Source: Mizuhopecten yessoensis
Lineage: Eukaryota
Length of the DNA: 64,000 nt
Direction: 5' to 3'
NCBI RefSeq assembly: GCF_002113885.1
Contig: NW_018407426.1
Location: 1,424,908 to 1,488,907 of the forward strand
The notes below the pieces were generated by a model. It worked only from the letters and a program-made list of their open reading frames with translations. It did no database searches and was not told where the DNA came from. Position numbers and translations under genes: made by a program. Positions 26,801 through 38,399 of the stretch are shown here, piece by piece; the first letter of the stretch is position 1, and every line of letters begins with the position of its first letter.

Positions 26801-27078
26801 CATCGAATGTATTTGTATGACAATCACAATTCATGATATGACGTTAGTTAGCCCGAGTTTCCTCTGGCCCTGACACCAGACCTAGACATACAGTAGACCT
26901 ACCAGACATCTACAGGATCTGTCAAAATGTCTAAGTCTGGTGTCAGGGCCAGTGAAAACTCGGGCTAGACGTTAGTGTAATAACTTGGGACGAGACGTCG
27001 TTACATGTTGTGTCTGACTGACAAATTACCAGTAGCTGTCTCCAAACAAAACTGTGTGTTTCGCTGATCAACAGACAT
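17815..27078 (-). CDS. MAD2L2: mitotic arrest deficient 2-like 2 / REV7 HORMA protein, 213 aa; exons 27078-27030, 24754-24636, 24372-24200, 23857-23763, 23155-23082, 18477-18385, 17853-17815
   Basis: GT-AG exons with compatible phases total 642 nt. Protein: [61 protein letters not shown]...[19 protein letters not shown]...FPWVEAE...[25 protein letters not shown], colinear with human REV7. Exon 1 is assigned by phase and length only. Confidence 0.95.
19607..23099. repeat. 31/32-bp minisatellite, ~109 units, derived from the REV7 exon-5 end and splice donor
   Basis: Plus-strand unit CTTTACTTTACCCACCTGTACCATCTGTTTGT. The core is nearly invariant, the edges are diverged, and the last unit overlaps exon 5. 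Confidence 0.97.
25280..26700 (-). mobile_element. fragmented CR1-group LINE ORF2 remnant in REV7 intron 1
   Basis: Minus-strand peptides [41 protein letters not shown] and MYKIAH..TRRNH../[17 protein letters not shown] are typical LINE ORF2 motifs. The RT core is deleted. Confidence 0.7.
26010..26435. mobile_element. probable non-autonomous DNA element inserted in the LINE remnant
   Basis: GGTTGTTTTGCCCTAA at left versus several inverted (T)TAGGGCGAAACAACC-like subterminal repeats at right. No TSD resolved. Confidence 0.45.
26849..26967. mobile_element. 119-bp hairpin MITE with 9-bp TSD (AcademH- or MuDR-type)
   Basis: TIR TAGCCCGAGTTTCCTCTGGCCCTGACACCAGACCTAGACAT and its near-perfect inverse; perfect flanking duplication GACGTTAGT. 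Confidence 0.85.
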
Positions 27079-27138
27079 CACAAACGTCAATCGTTCTTCA
27101 TCGTATGTCAACACTGCTGAAACTTCGCGGTGTATTTA

Positions 27139-27147
27139 ACCGGAAGT
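27139..27147. promoter_or_regulatory. ETS-type motif in likely REV7 promoter
   Basis: ACCGGAAGT ~60 bp upstream of the predicted ATG. Confidence 0.4.
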
Positions 27148-28509
27148 TTGTGTAATCAAAGAAGCCGGATAAGATAGAAATTACGGACGGCATTCCAGAT
27201 CATATGATAAGTTTGATAGTTGTTAGTTTAACAGTTAGTTTGACTTTTTGATATTGTAGAGACGCAAATACCACATACTATATAGATCTCTGAATAAATT
27301 GAGAAAAAAATTGAATGAAATAATTATGGTGTTTTTTTTCATCTGAGCAAATACCTATTAAAATAGATGAATAAGATCATTATTATCATCAACAATGTCA
27401 CCATCATCATCTCACACTATATACTTCCTTTTTATTGTTTTCAAAATAATAACAATATACTGTATTCAATCTAATAACTTGCCCGCCCCTTGTAAGCGTC
27501 ATACATTTTAAAAATTCACTGAACTTTAAAATACTTTTTAACTTGTTATGACTATATTTTTTCTTTAATTTTGAAAGGTTTTTCTGCTGTCATTCTATTT
27601 TTCAAAGTTGATAATTGACTAAGGTTGGGTCATCGTCTGCATATCTCTTCAGAAGCATGTGAATGAAATTGATGTTCATCATCATCTCAGTCTTAGGGGC
27701 ATCATACGTGGATGAAAATGAGGATCATCGTTATTGTACGTCTTTGTGAACATTCAAATGGATTAAGTTTAGGATATTTTATCATCTATCTCTTCAAAAG
27801 CATATGGGTGCAATGGAGGGATCGATGAACCATTTTGATCATCATCATCATTACTACATCATCGTCGTCATCATCATCATCAGCACTGCATCATCATCAT
27901 TATAGGAGTCCATATATATGCATGTATTCATAACAATTGGCTCATTATCACAAGCATGTAGATATAACATCAACTCTGGATCGACACAAATTCCCTGAGA
28001 TTTCCTCTGCCCTTCATGATCAGCCATTTGAAAACAAAAGCCACTGTATACACTGCATTTTAAACTTATTTTTGCAGCGAATTGAGTAAATATGCATCAA
28101 TCTGCAATGAAAATGCTGTACCTATAATGATATCTGACCTGTGATATCAGCGTATCTCAACTGATGTTCACACATCCAACTCCTGGAATGTTATACATGT
28201 ACAAGCATTCTTAATCACACTGTTAGGTGGAAATAGTAGCATAATACTCCTTACGTCAACTTCATAGTCATCACTATCATCATCATCTATTATTATCAGT
28301 CATCTTATTTATCATTATCATCTTGTTTGCGGTCATCATTATCTTTTTATCATCTCTTCATTGTCATTTGATTTATCATCATTGTTGTCTGGTTTGTGAC
28401 CATCATCATCATATTTGTCATCTTATTGTCATTATTGTAAGTTTTCAGAATGTGGTCATCAGATTATCCAGTAGTCATTATTTAATCGTCAGCTGGCACT
28501 GATAAGTAA

Positions 28510-28806
28510 GGCCAAAAAATAATTGTTTCCGGTTTCCCTACCGACCCTAGATTTTTGTGCCTACCATGATGTTTTTATTTAGTGATAAGCACTGTTAACC
28601 CTTTCACTCCTATGTAACTTTAGTAGACTCTACCCTGCATTGATATGGATGAGTCCATTATGGTCTACAGTGGTGAAAGGGTTAAAGTCAGAAATCCTGC
28701 TCTATATAAGCATAGTAAAAAATATTATCATGACAAAACAAATTTGCCTACCAACTGACCCTAATTTTGTATAAGCAGAAACAGGAAACAAATTTTTGTT
28801 TTGGCC
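28510..28806. mobile_element. TIR element carrying a nested 83-bp TTAA MITE (28599-28681)
   Basis: Outer ends GGCCAAAAAA..GTTTCC / GGAAAC..TTTTGGCC; inner TTAA|CCCTTTCAC...GTGAAAGGG|TTAA. Confidence 0.65.
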
Positions 28807-29374
28807 TAAGCCCTGTTTGGTTGTATTACCACATTAGACATCCACCAATGAAAACTGATCAGTAGAAAACACAATAAGCACTAAAACACCAGTTTCTTAT
28901 ATCAATCATTTTTATTGTTGATAACAGTTTAACTAAAGTATGATTTTCTGAGAATAACAATTGTATATTATACGTAATAAAATTTTGTAAAATATCAAAA
29001 AACAGGTAAGTAGGAATCACTATATAATTTATTAATAGAAATTATTAAATATTATATAAATATTTGAAATTATTTCATTACCCTTTTTACCAAATACAAA
29101 ATTTGTGAAATGTGAAAAACAACATGAAAATTGTCCTGATCAATCACGTTTGATAAAGTATATTGCTAAATGATATAAAAAAATATATGAAATGATGAAG
29201 ACCGTTTCAAAGGAAACTTTAAATGCTTTAAAAAATAATCAATATTACATTTGGGACAGATGTGTAAATGATACTATTATTAGGGGAGTACCATAAAAAC
29301 TGGTATTAATTCAGACCAAAAATCAGTGCACTTTATAAGCCAACGATCAAACATAAACATGTATTGCAATCAGA

Positions 29375-30200
29375 CAAAGACCCAACCACTTTACAAGCCA
29401 AACACACAACCCATATTTTACAAGCCAAATTCAAACCCCACATTGCGAGCCAAAGATCCAACCCACATTTATAAGCCAAACACCCAACCCACATTACAAA
29501 CCAAAGACAAAACCCACATTTTACAAGCCAACTTCAAACCCATATTACAAGCCAGAGACCCAACCCATATAACAAGCCAAACACCTGACCCTTTTACAAG
29601 CCAAAGACCCAACCCATGTTACAAGCCAAATACCCAACCCATGTTACTTACAAGCCAAAAAACCCAACCCATATTACAAGCCAAATACCCTACCCACAAT
29701 ACAAGCCAAATACCCAACCCACATCACAAGCCAAATACCCAACCCATGTTACAAGCCAAAGACCCAACCCATATTACAAGCCAAATACCCAACCCATGTT
29801 ACAAGCCAAAAGACCCAATCTATATTACAAGCCAAAGACCCTACCCACAATACAAGCCAAATACCCAACCCACATCACAAGCCAAAGACCCAACCCATAT
29901 TACAAGCCAAATACCCAACCCACATCACAAGCCAAATACCCAACCCAAATTACAAGCCAAAGACCCAACCCATATTACAAGCCAAATACCCAACCCACAT
30001 CACAAGCCAAAGACCCAACCCGAATTACAAGCCAAAGAATCCACCCATATTACAAGCCAACACCCAACCCACATTAAAAGCCAAACACCTAACCTACATG
30101 ACAAGCCAAATACCCAAACCCCTTTACAAGCCAAAAATACCTAATACAAATTACAAGCCAAATATCCATCCCACCTAACAAGCCAAAACGCCATCCCATG
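29375..30200. repeat. ~26-bp minisatellite
   Basis: TTACAAGCCAAA(T/G)ACCCAACCCA(T/C)A, about 30 units. Confidence 0.92.
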
Positions 30201-30669
30201 TAATTTAACAAAGCCCAGTGTCTCTTGCACGGTTCATCCCTCCCTTTCTCACCACTCAGGCGGTCCACAACAGAGGTTCTGTCCCTACTCTTAATTGGTT
30301 ATCTCCTCATATCATCAGTATTCCTCCCCTTCCATCAAATCCCAAACCTCAAGTTCCACGTCCCTTCTAGATCTACCAGGACTTGGGCATTCTTGAGAAC
30401 TCAAATCAATAAAGTGTTGTCATCAGACAGGTTACAAACTCAACCTTATCTGACAACGCTACCTCAAAAGATTTACTCTACCACCGGCCCTGACATTTCC
30501 AGATAGGCATGGCCCCTTCAGTCCGATCAGATCAAGTTAGTTCAGTCCACATCAAACAATCAGAGATCCCCAAGAGGTTTACGGTTCCAAACATGCGTGT
30601 CCCTTCCCTCTCACACTAGCTTGGGAATCACCAGTCTGACATAACTGCTCTTTGCAATACACCAATAAA

Positions 30670-31570
30670 TATAAAATCGCCCGTTACTAATTTTGAATCT
30701 CCCAATGATCACAAAACAAAAAACAAAAACAAAAAAAACTACAATTTCAAATCTCCCATTAAATTAAGAAATTTATAAGTTTTCGAATCTCCCTAATAAA
30801 TATAAACTTAAATAATTTGAAATCTCCCAATTATCTCCATATAACCACAAATAAAATAATTTAGAAATCTCCCAAAAATTTAAAAATTTATGAATTTTGA
30901 AATCTCCCTTTAATTACAAACTTTAATAATTTAAAAATCTCCCCAGTAAATATAAACTTAAATAATTTTGAAATCATTCTATAATTACAGACTTTATTAA
31001 TTTTGAAATCTCCCTTTAATAATAGACTTGAACAATTTTGAAATCTCCCTTTAATTACAAACTTTAACAATTTTGAAATCTCCCCAGTAAATATTAACCT
31101 TAATCGATTTTGAAATCTACCTATAATTACAGACTTTAACAATTTTGAAATCTCCCCAGTAAATATAAACTTTATTTATTTTTAATATCTCCCTATAAGT
31201 TCAAACTTTTATAATTTTGAAATCTCCCAAGTAAATATAAAGTTTAATCATTTGAAATCTCCCAAATAAAGATCAGCTTTAATAGTAATGAAATTTCCCT
31301 GAAATAACAAACTTTATTTATTTTGAAATCTCCCCAAAACTTTCAAACTTTGGAAGTTCCTAAATAATCATAAACTACCTGAACTAATTATAAAATCTCC
31401 CAAAATACTTTCTAACTTGAATCTTTTTGAAATTTAAATAATTATAAACCTTTTTGAAATTTAAGTAATTATAAACTATACAAATCTTGAAATCTCCCTA
31501 ATAATCACAACCTTAATTTTTGAAAATCTCCCAGATAATTACAATCTTTACATTTTTGGAATCTACCAAA
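30670..31570. repeat. AT-rich ~39-bp diverged minisatellite
   Basis: Recurrent TTTTGAAATCTCCC...AAACTTTAA. Confidence 0.85.
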
Positions 31571-31924
31571 TAGAAACTTAGAGTGCAAGTGGCATCAAAG
31601 TTTCCTTTGAGACTAGTAGGATCATCAGGAAAAAGTTTTGAAGCAGGTGTAAATGACAAGTTGTTATACAATTGTAATGACAATGAAAAGATCCTGAACA
31701 ATAAGCATTGTTGTTTCCAGACATTAAAACTTCTCATCAGATGTAAAGTGATATAAAAATAAAAAAATAATGTATTATAAAAATGACTTGGTATTTAAAA
31801 TGTATCAATTAACCAAACACAGCATATTGCACAATAGTGGCATTGCAAAAGCAATATTAAATTACTAAATGTTATTTGCACCTTTTTGTGCCATCCTGCA
31901 CACAGTAGCACAGATTGATAATGC

Positions 31925-32290
31925 ATGGTACACAGCAGCACAGCTTGGTGCGGCGCTGTACACAGCAGCACAGTTTGGTACGGCGCTGTACACAGCAGCA
32001 CATTTTGGTGCGGCGCTGTACACAGCAGCAGTTTGGTGCGGTGCTGTACACAGCAGCAGTTTGGTGCGGCGCTGTACACAGCAGTGCAGTTTGGTGCGGC
32101 GCTGTACACTGCAGCACAGTTTGGTGCAAGGTGTTCACTGCAGCACAGTTTGGTGCGGCACTGTTCAATGCAGCACAGTTTGGTGCGGCGCTGTACACTG
32201 CAGCACAGTTTGGTGCGGCGCTGTACACAGCAGCACAGTTTGGTGTGGAGCTGTACACTGTAACAGTTTGATTCAGCGCTGTTCACAGTA
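31925..32290. repeat. 30-bp GC-rich minisatellite, ~12 units
   Basis: GCTGTACACAGCAGCACAGTTTGGTGCGGC repeated. Confidence 0.92.
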
Positions 32291-33149
32291 ACATATTTTA
32301 GTGATACTCTAGCCATGAATGAACTTGTGTTTCTCTGTACACATGAACACAATGGTATACATATTTTGATTTACAATTTTACATATTTTGGCTTTACTTG
32401 CTGCACACTACTGTGCGGCCTGTTCCTCATCAAGCTTCTACTTGTTATGTAGTGCACAGCACATATTTCTTAGCTAAAGCAATATAAATTGAGCTATCTG
32501 ATATAACAGAGATCTATGGAAGTTACAAAGCACTTCGACATGAATCACATAAATAAATACAATAAAACAATGTGACTGTAACATTACAGCCATAAAGACA
32601 CTCTGTTATCTCAATGCATATAAATATCATCTCGTAGATATTTGGTGAGTGTAATAACTCAAGTGTAAGCATTGATTTTACAAAGGTAAACACCAAAATC
32701 ATTGATCCAAACTCATGAGACATGTACAGATAAGGCCAATAGGGACAAGTTAACTAAAACAAACACTACCCAGAATGAGGAGGTAATAAATCTGGGTAAC
32801 TTTCCACAGAAGGAGACTTATGTAAATAAGAATTTTACAGGATTTCTGGATGAACTTTAGCAAACCAGAATTATTTAAATTGTTATGAAATTTCAAAAGG
32901 AAGAATTAAATGTTGTTTAGCATCTAGAAAGTAAACTTGTTTCAATACACATTTAGGACAATTTCTTAAATAAAACTTATCTTTTTAACCTGCCTGTATC
33001 TAAAATGAACAATTTACATAGGATCAATTTTTACAAAAATATTAAATATGTCTTTCTAAATGTACCAATGCCCTTTTTAAAACATTTCAAATATTGTTCA
33101 TTAATACAATAAGGTGAGGTCTCCTTTGTGGTCAGTACAGGTTTGTGAT

Positions 33150-35235
33150 TTAGTAGCCGTGCCTTGGAGCACCCCGGCGAGCCTTGCTTGTGCCAGGACG
33201 TCCCCCTCCAAGGGATGGTAATTTCTGTCCGCCAGCTCGGGAATCGCACCTTGTTGGGGTTTGCAGCCTGCTCTCATGAGAACGAGGAGACATCTTTGTC
33301 TGAGCCCCAATGTGGGGTAGCTGAAAACAAAGTTTACCTCAAATTTAGAATTTTATATTTCAGATATCAAAAAAAATTTAGGATGTCTAAATAACAAATT
33401 CCTGAAAAACACATTAACAATAAGACATAATCTGAGCATGTCAAAAGATGTTTAGATGATTAATGAACCTACATCAATGTAGCGGCTCTCCGGCTGTGGC
33501 AGGTGATTGTCCATGATTTCGAAAGTGAGAAGTGTTCTTGGCTTCATCTTGATCTTTTGCATATGGCGAGTAGCAATTCCCTGGCTATCCTAGATTTATC
33601 AAAGTGAATGAGTATTAGAATTAACACAGATCAAGATGCATGGCTCATTTTTACTTTTCTTACAGTGCTGGATTTAATTAACTCTATAGATTAGATTGTA
33701 AGGTCTAGTACTTCCAATCTTGAATTCAGTTTTTATTTCTTCTAGGTATTCTAGAACTAAAAAAAATCATTCAGATGTAGCATGTATAAGCAGCTTTTAT
33801 AATACTTAAAGTAGTTAATTGGTAACAAAGGCCATTCAGTTATCCAGCCAATACCTGACAGAGCATTTACTTACCTTTACATCAGGAAATAGGTTTGTGG
33901 GTTTTCCCATTGCCTTGTCCAAGTAGGAGAGCTCTTCCTTGATTGGCTTGCGCTCTGCATCCCTGACAGTTAGGCCGGGAACATATCCTTTGACTGGATA
34001 TCAAGATATTAAGATTAAGATACATGTCATTTATCATTTTGGATAAAAACAAGAGGCCCAGAGGGCCTGTATCGCTCACCTGAATATATGTTTTAAATAA
34101 TTGGTATGAAGTAAAGATATAGCACTCCATAGGTGCTGTAAGTACATATGAAATTTCAGAAAGATCCATCAAGTACTTGAGATATAGCAAGAACAAACTT
34201 CAAACAGAGCCCCACCCCTATGCCCTAAGTGGGTCATACCCGCCATTTATACAAAATTGAGTCCCCTTGACCCAAGGATGCTCCAGACTAAATTAGGATA
34301 CAACCCCTTAATCCCTATGGTAGAATTAAGATTTAAAAGTCTTCCCCTATTGTTCCATATTTGGTCTGAAGCATCCTTGGGTGAAGGGGAACCAATTTTG
34401 TATAAACCATGGGTCTGGCCCCCCAGGGGCCTGAAGGGAGGGGCCCAATAGGGGAAACATAGCAAATTATTCTTTAAAATCCTTCCTTATATTACCCCTT
34501 TTGGGCCCCGGCCCTCAGCCCCCAGGGGGGCCAGACCCACAATTTATACAAAATTTGTTCCCCTTCCTCCAAGGATGCTTCTGACCAAATTTGGTTAAAA
34601 TCTGTTCAGTCGTTCATGACAAGTAGCGTTTTATAGGAAAAGTTGACGGACGGACGACGGACGCTGCGGTATGGCATAAGCTCACCATGGTCCTTTGGAC
34701 CAGGTAAGCTAAAAATCACAGATCTAAGAATATGAAAGAATTATAAATAAACTAAATAATTTGGCATTCATGAATACCTGAAATGCCATGACTGCAGATA
34801 TCAAAAAATTATCATTTATTAAATCATTATGCCTAATTGCCCATTTATTAATCAAAAGGTTTTCGTTTCTGCAGAACAACCAGAGGCACTATATATATAA
34901 TTTTGCTACTGTACGTTGAAACTTAATTAGTTCATTCTAGGAAGAGGGTGTAAAAAAAAGTTTCCTCTTTACTCACATTTGCTGTTACCCCTGTTGGTAC
35001 CCTGTATTTTTGGCAGCATTCCTGCACTCTTGGCCTCTGCTTGAGGGAACTGTTTCTTGGTTTCTTGCTTAGTGGGGAACATAATTCTCCTCCCTGCTTC
35101 TGGGGGAGGGTAGGACCTCAGGCTGGTCCTAGGCTCTTGGAGAGGGGGCAGTTGAGATCTACGATTTCCTTCATTAATTTTACCATCAGACACCGACTCA
35201 TGGTCGGTGCGGTAATATCCACGGTTCATAACCAT
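33150..35235 (-). CDS. uncharacterised basic, Pro/Arg-rich protein, 221 aa; exons 35235-34977, 33993-33875, 33589-33473, 33320-33150
   Basis: Four GC-richer blocks with canonical GT-AG sites and matching phases (1,0,0) give an uninterrupted frame MVMNRGYYRTDHES...FKGYVPGLTVRDAERK...DSQGIATRHMQKIKMKPRTLLTFEIMD...LPHIGAQTK...APRHGY*. No family recognised. Confidence 0.8.
34045..34715 (-). mobile_element. Helentron-associated non-autonomous element (HINE/DINE-1-like), intronic
   Basis: One end AAACAAGAGGCCCAGAGGGCC (short palindrome) plus CGCTCACC. Other end has a (GACG)n microsatellite then AGCTCACC-hairpin-GGTAAGCTAAAA. Confidence 0.8.
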
Positions 35236-36129
35236 CTTGATAGATCTAAAACAACCAGAAGAGCACTTTATGCAATTTTGCTACATTGAGACAAATTACG
35301 AAAGATTGACCACACATAATCAATACAGTAATATACATTGAAAAATATTTTTATCCCAGTGTCATTCTGCTTTGACAGGTTTCCCTGTGCTTTTAGTGCA
35401 TATGGAATTAACTTTTAATAGCTGTGGAGAAGAAAAAATTGATGTAAGTATAAGTAAAGAAATCCGATAAATTAATTGTTTTGCATTCTAAACTTTACTA
35501 AACAAGACATCCTTTACTAAACAAAAAATATCAACACAAAACAACAGTACATCATTCCCTCCACCAGAATATGTTTGTAAAGCACAACCATATCACCCTT
35601 TGAGTTTGACGGAATCAGAGTTAACGTGAGAGCTAGGAAAGCTTACATGTTTGTAATTTACCGGACCACAACACAACACCGCAAAAACTTGATTGGAATT
35701 AATAGACGAACATGCATTCCGGAAAGGATGTTATAGTATTATCATCTTGATTGCATGATGTCGTCTTTTGTTATTGTTAGGTTGTCATTGTTTAGACATT
35801 TGGTATACACAGATTTTTCATGTGCAAGCCCGGGCTTTTTTTTCTATGGACACTACGCCCCTGACCACAGTAAGACATACGTCTGAAACATGTGTTGCTG
35901 CTGCTTAGGCATTCACAAATGAAGTTTGGTAACTTGATTTTAGATGGAGATTATTGCATATTCTAATAAACAGGAAAATGAAATCACTAAATATTATCCG
36001 CAAATGACGACATGCTAGTGCACTCAATGTGACATATATTATTTTTTCTTACAACGTGGGGGTAAAAACATATTAAAAATATCCAATTATGTTAACAAAT
36101 ACAGATGTAATTTACACGAAATATTGTTA

Positions 36130-36420
36130 ATCGGGTTATTTTCTAGCAACATCAGCACTTCCGCCCAGCTGTTCTCCAAGATGGCGGGAATGTGAACAAT
36201 ACCTTTATGGTTTCTGTGTTATTCTGTAAATATACAAAGGTTTTTACATCTAATCCTATTATAGAACAATTGAAAACTTGTTTAAATACTCACGTTATCC
36301 TTTTTTTCTTTGAATTACGCCTGCTTTTGCGATTTTTTATGTATTTCCTGGGAGCTCAAATTCAGAACTCCCGCCAACAACAACTCGATCCGGTTGCCAA
36401 TGCTGACGTCAGAGGCAACC
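36130..36420. promoter_or_regulatory. putative promoter upstream of the 221-aa gene
   Basis: Cluster of ACTTCCG (ETS), CAAGATGGCG (YY1), GGCGGGAA/TCCCGCC (E2F-like) and CTGACGTCAG (CRE) bracketed by GGTTGCC/GGCAACC. Motif matches only. Confidence 0.45.
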
Positions 36421-37321
36421 AAATAGCCTAAAGAGTTCCGTGCGTATTCTACGTTGTTATGCTTGTGAAAGGGATAATATACTTAAAACATGGCAAATGG
36501 TATTATAGGTTTATGATGCGACAAGTGGTACAATGCTTTTTGTTTTGCATCAGATACACATTTTAATGGATTCGCCACATCCGATTTCGTCGGATAAATA
36601 ACAGCTTATGCAGGAGTAAAAAGGCATTAGTGTCAAAGGTCAGAAGGGGAGATAATTCTAAAGACCCGATTGTCATTATGCAACTTTTGTTACAAGTATT
36701 GTTATGATGTACGTCAATTGCGAATCTTTTAATAACAATAATATTATTCAACATTTGATATAGCGCCTTATATAGCTAGAATAAGCCACTATAAAGCGCT
36801 CTACAGTACATAGATATACAATTTCCTATATTCAATAGTACACTGATATTACAATTCAAAGATGGTCAAATACTGAAGTGATTTTGATTATCAACCTGAT
36901 ACCAAAGAGAGACTGAGTTAGTCTAGCCTAAAAAAAACTTTGTCCTTATGCCTAAGGTTGATTCTTTGATATTTCTGATAAATTTCTTTCCAATAAATTT
37001 GATGTTTGTGCCATATTTTTGGTAAAATGTCTATTATTTCGGGCTATACTTGAAGTATAATTTAATCACTGTTGTTATTGATTGTCAAATTTCTCCACTG
37101 AAAAAAAATCGAAGAATGGCACTGATCAGCCTGGTCTACAAATCCACAAGGAAAGCTAAAACAGGATACAACCCGCTAACAAAAACGATGCTAGGGTTTT
37201 CAACAGTTGCTGTAATTTAATACAAAAACATTTTTTAAGCAAATATTATTTCTAAATATCGAAGTTTACAAACGTTAGAAAAATATATAGAATGTTAGAT
37301 GCTCGGCCAACAAAGAAACCG

Positions 37322-37418
37322 CAATCTAATTAAAAGTATATCTTCTCATTGCTCCTGTTTACTGACGTGAAATAACAGTAAACGGGAGCAATGTGAAGAT
37401 ATGATTTTAATTAGATTG
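37322..37418. mobile_element. 97-bp hairpin MITE with 9-bp TSD
   Basis: CAATCTAATTAAAA..TCTTCTCATTGCTCCTGTTTACTG and its inverse; flanks AAGAAACCG / AAGAAAACG. Confidence 0.75.
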
Positions 37419-38260
37419 AAGAAAACGTGACTTTTATAGATCAAAAATTATCCACTGACATGCAAATGAAAAGTATCGGAAAAGACTCCACAATTTCTGC
37501 TACAGCCGGCTGAAAACATGAACGAAGATTTAATCTCTATGTCATATTACTGAGATATATTTAGATTTTTTTTTTATAAAGAATAAAGAATTTGACATGC
37601 AGGGGTAATAAATAAACTAAAATATATACCTGCTGTAGAAATCTTCTAACATGATAATGCACTCACGAATATTGTTAAAAACAATGGGTCCCACAGTCGT
37701 GTTAAATTTAATAATTTTCCAGAAATTCCAGGAGTCCCATCAAAATTCTATGAGTATAGGACTCTGGACTTGTATGAAGCGATAACGTCCCACCCACTGC
37801 CACACACATTCCGCTTTCCCCTTACATTCCATAGTACATATTTCCGGTTTAGGTCCACATATACCCGTTTTTACGTGTATCTTTCACATATATTTGTCCC
37901 CTCCTTTTGTTGAATTTTAAGGACAAGTTTGCCTAATACTAAAGTTTATCACATTTATTATTTGAAAGCAAAGAGGTTGCAGTGGAATGTCATTAGATTG
38001 CTGTAACATATGATATGCACGAACAGAAAGACAAAAAAATAATGATTTGAAAAACAAACCTCTGTGTTTTGTTTAAGAAATCACTCTCCGATAATCAGTA
38101 CACTCTCATGACTTGGATCTATTTTGGGGGAAATGCATTCAATGTACAGAGAAAATATACATTATATTTACAATTGATAGCTGTACATAAGTCCTATTTA
38201 TATATATAAATATATATATGGGGCAAAGAAGAAATTCCAACAGTGTGGACAAGTTTAGGT

Positions 38261-38299
38261 TGTCAAATTTTCGGAGCGATCCGCTCCTTTTTCAAGACA
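38261..38299 (-). other. Penelope-type minimal hammerhead-like motif (variant core)
   Basis: Minus strand TGTC-TTGAAAAA-GGAGCG/GAT/CGCTCC-GAAA-ATTT-GACA: outer stem, perfect inner stem, GAAA box. Confidence 0.4.
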
Positions 38300-38399
38300 C
38301 AGTGAAACAGAACAGTTACATGTACATATACATCATATTACAAGAAGATAGAACTGATATACTATAATTGAAAATATAGCTATTATATAAAACCAATAG

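Noticed and set aside
29326-30144. 272-aa Pro/Thr/Gln-rich ORF
   Set aside because: Translation of the ~26-bp minisatellite; open in more than one frame with no convincing splice context.
31795-32352. Cys-rich, metallothionein- or keratin-associated-looking ORFs
   Set aside because: A 30-bp repeat open on both strands in several frames, with frame-breaking 28-bp units.
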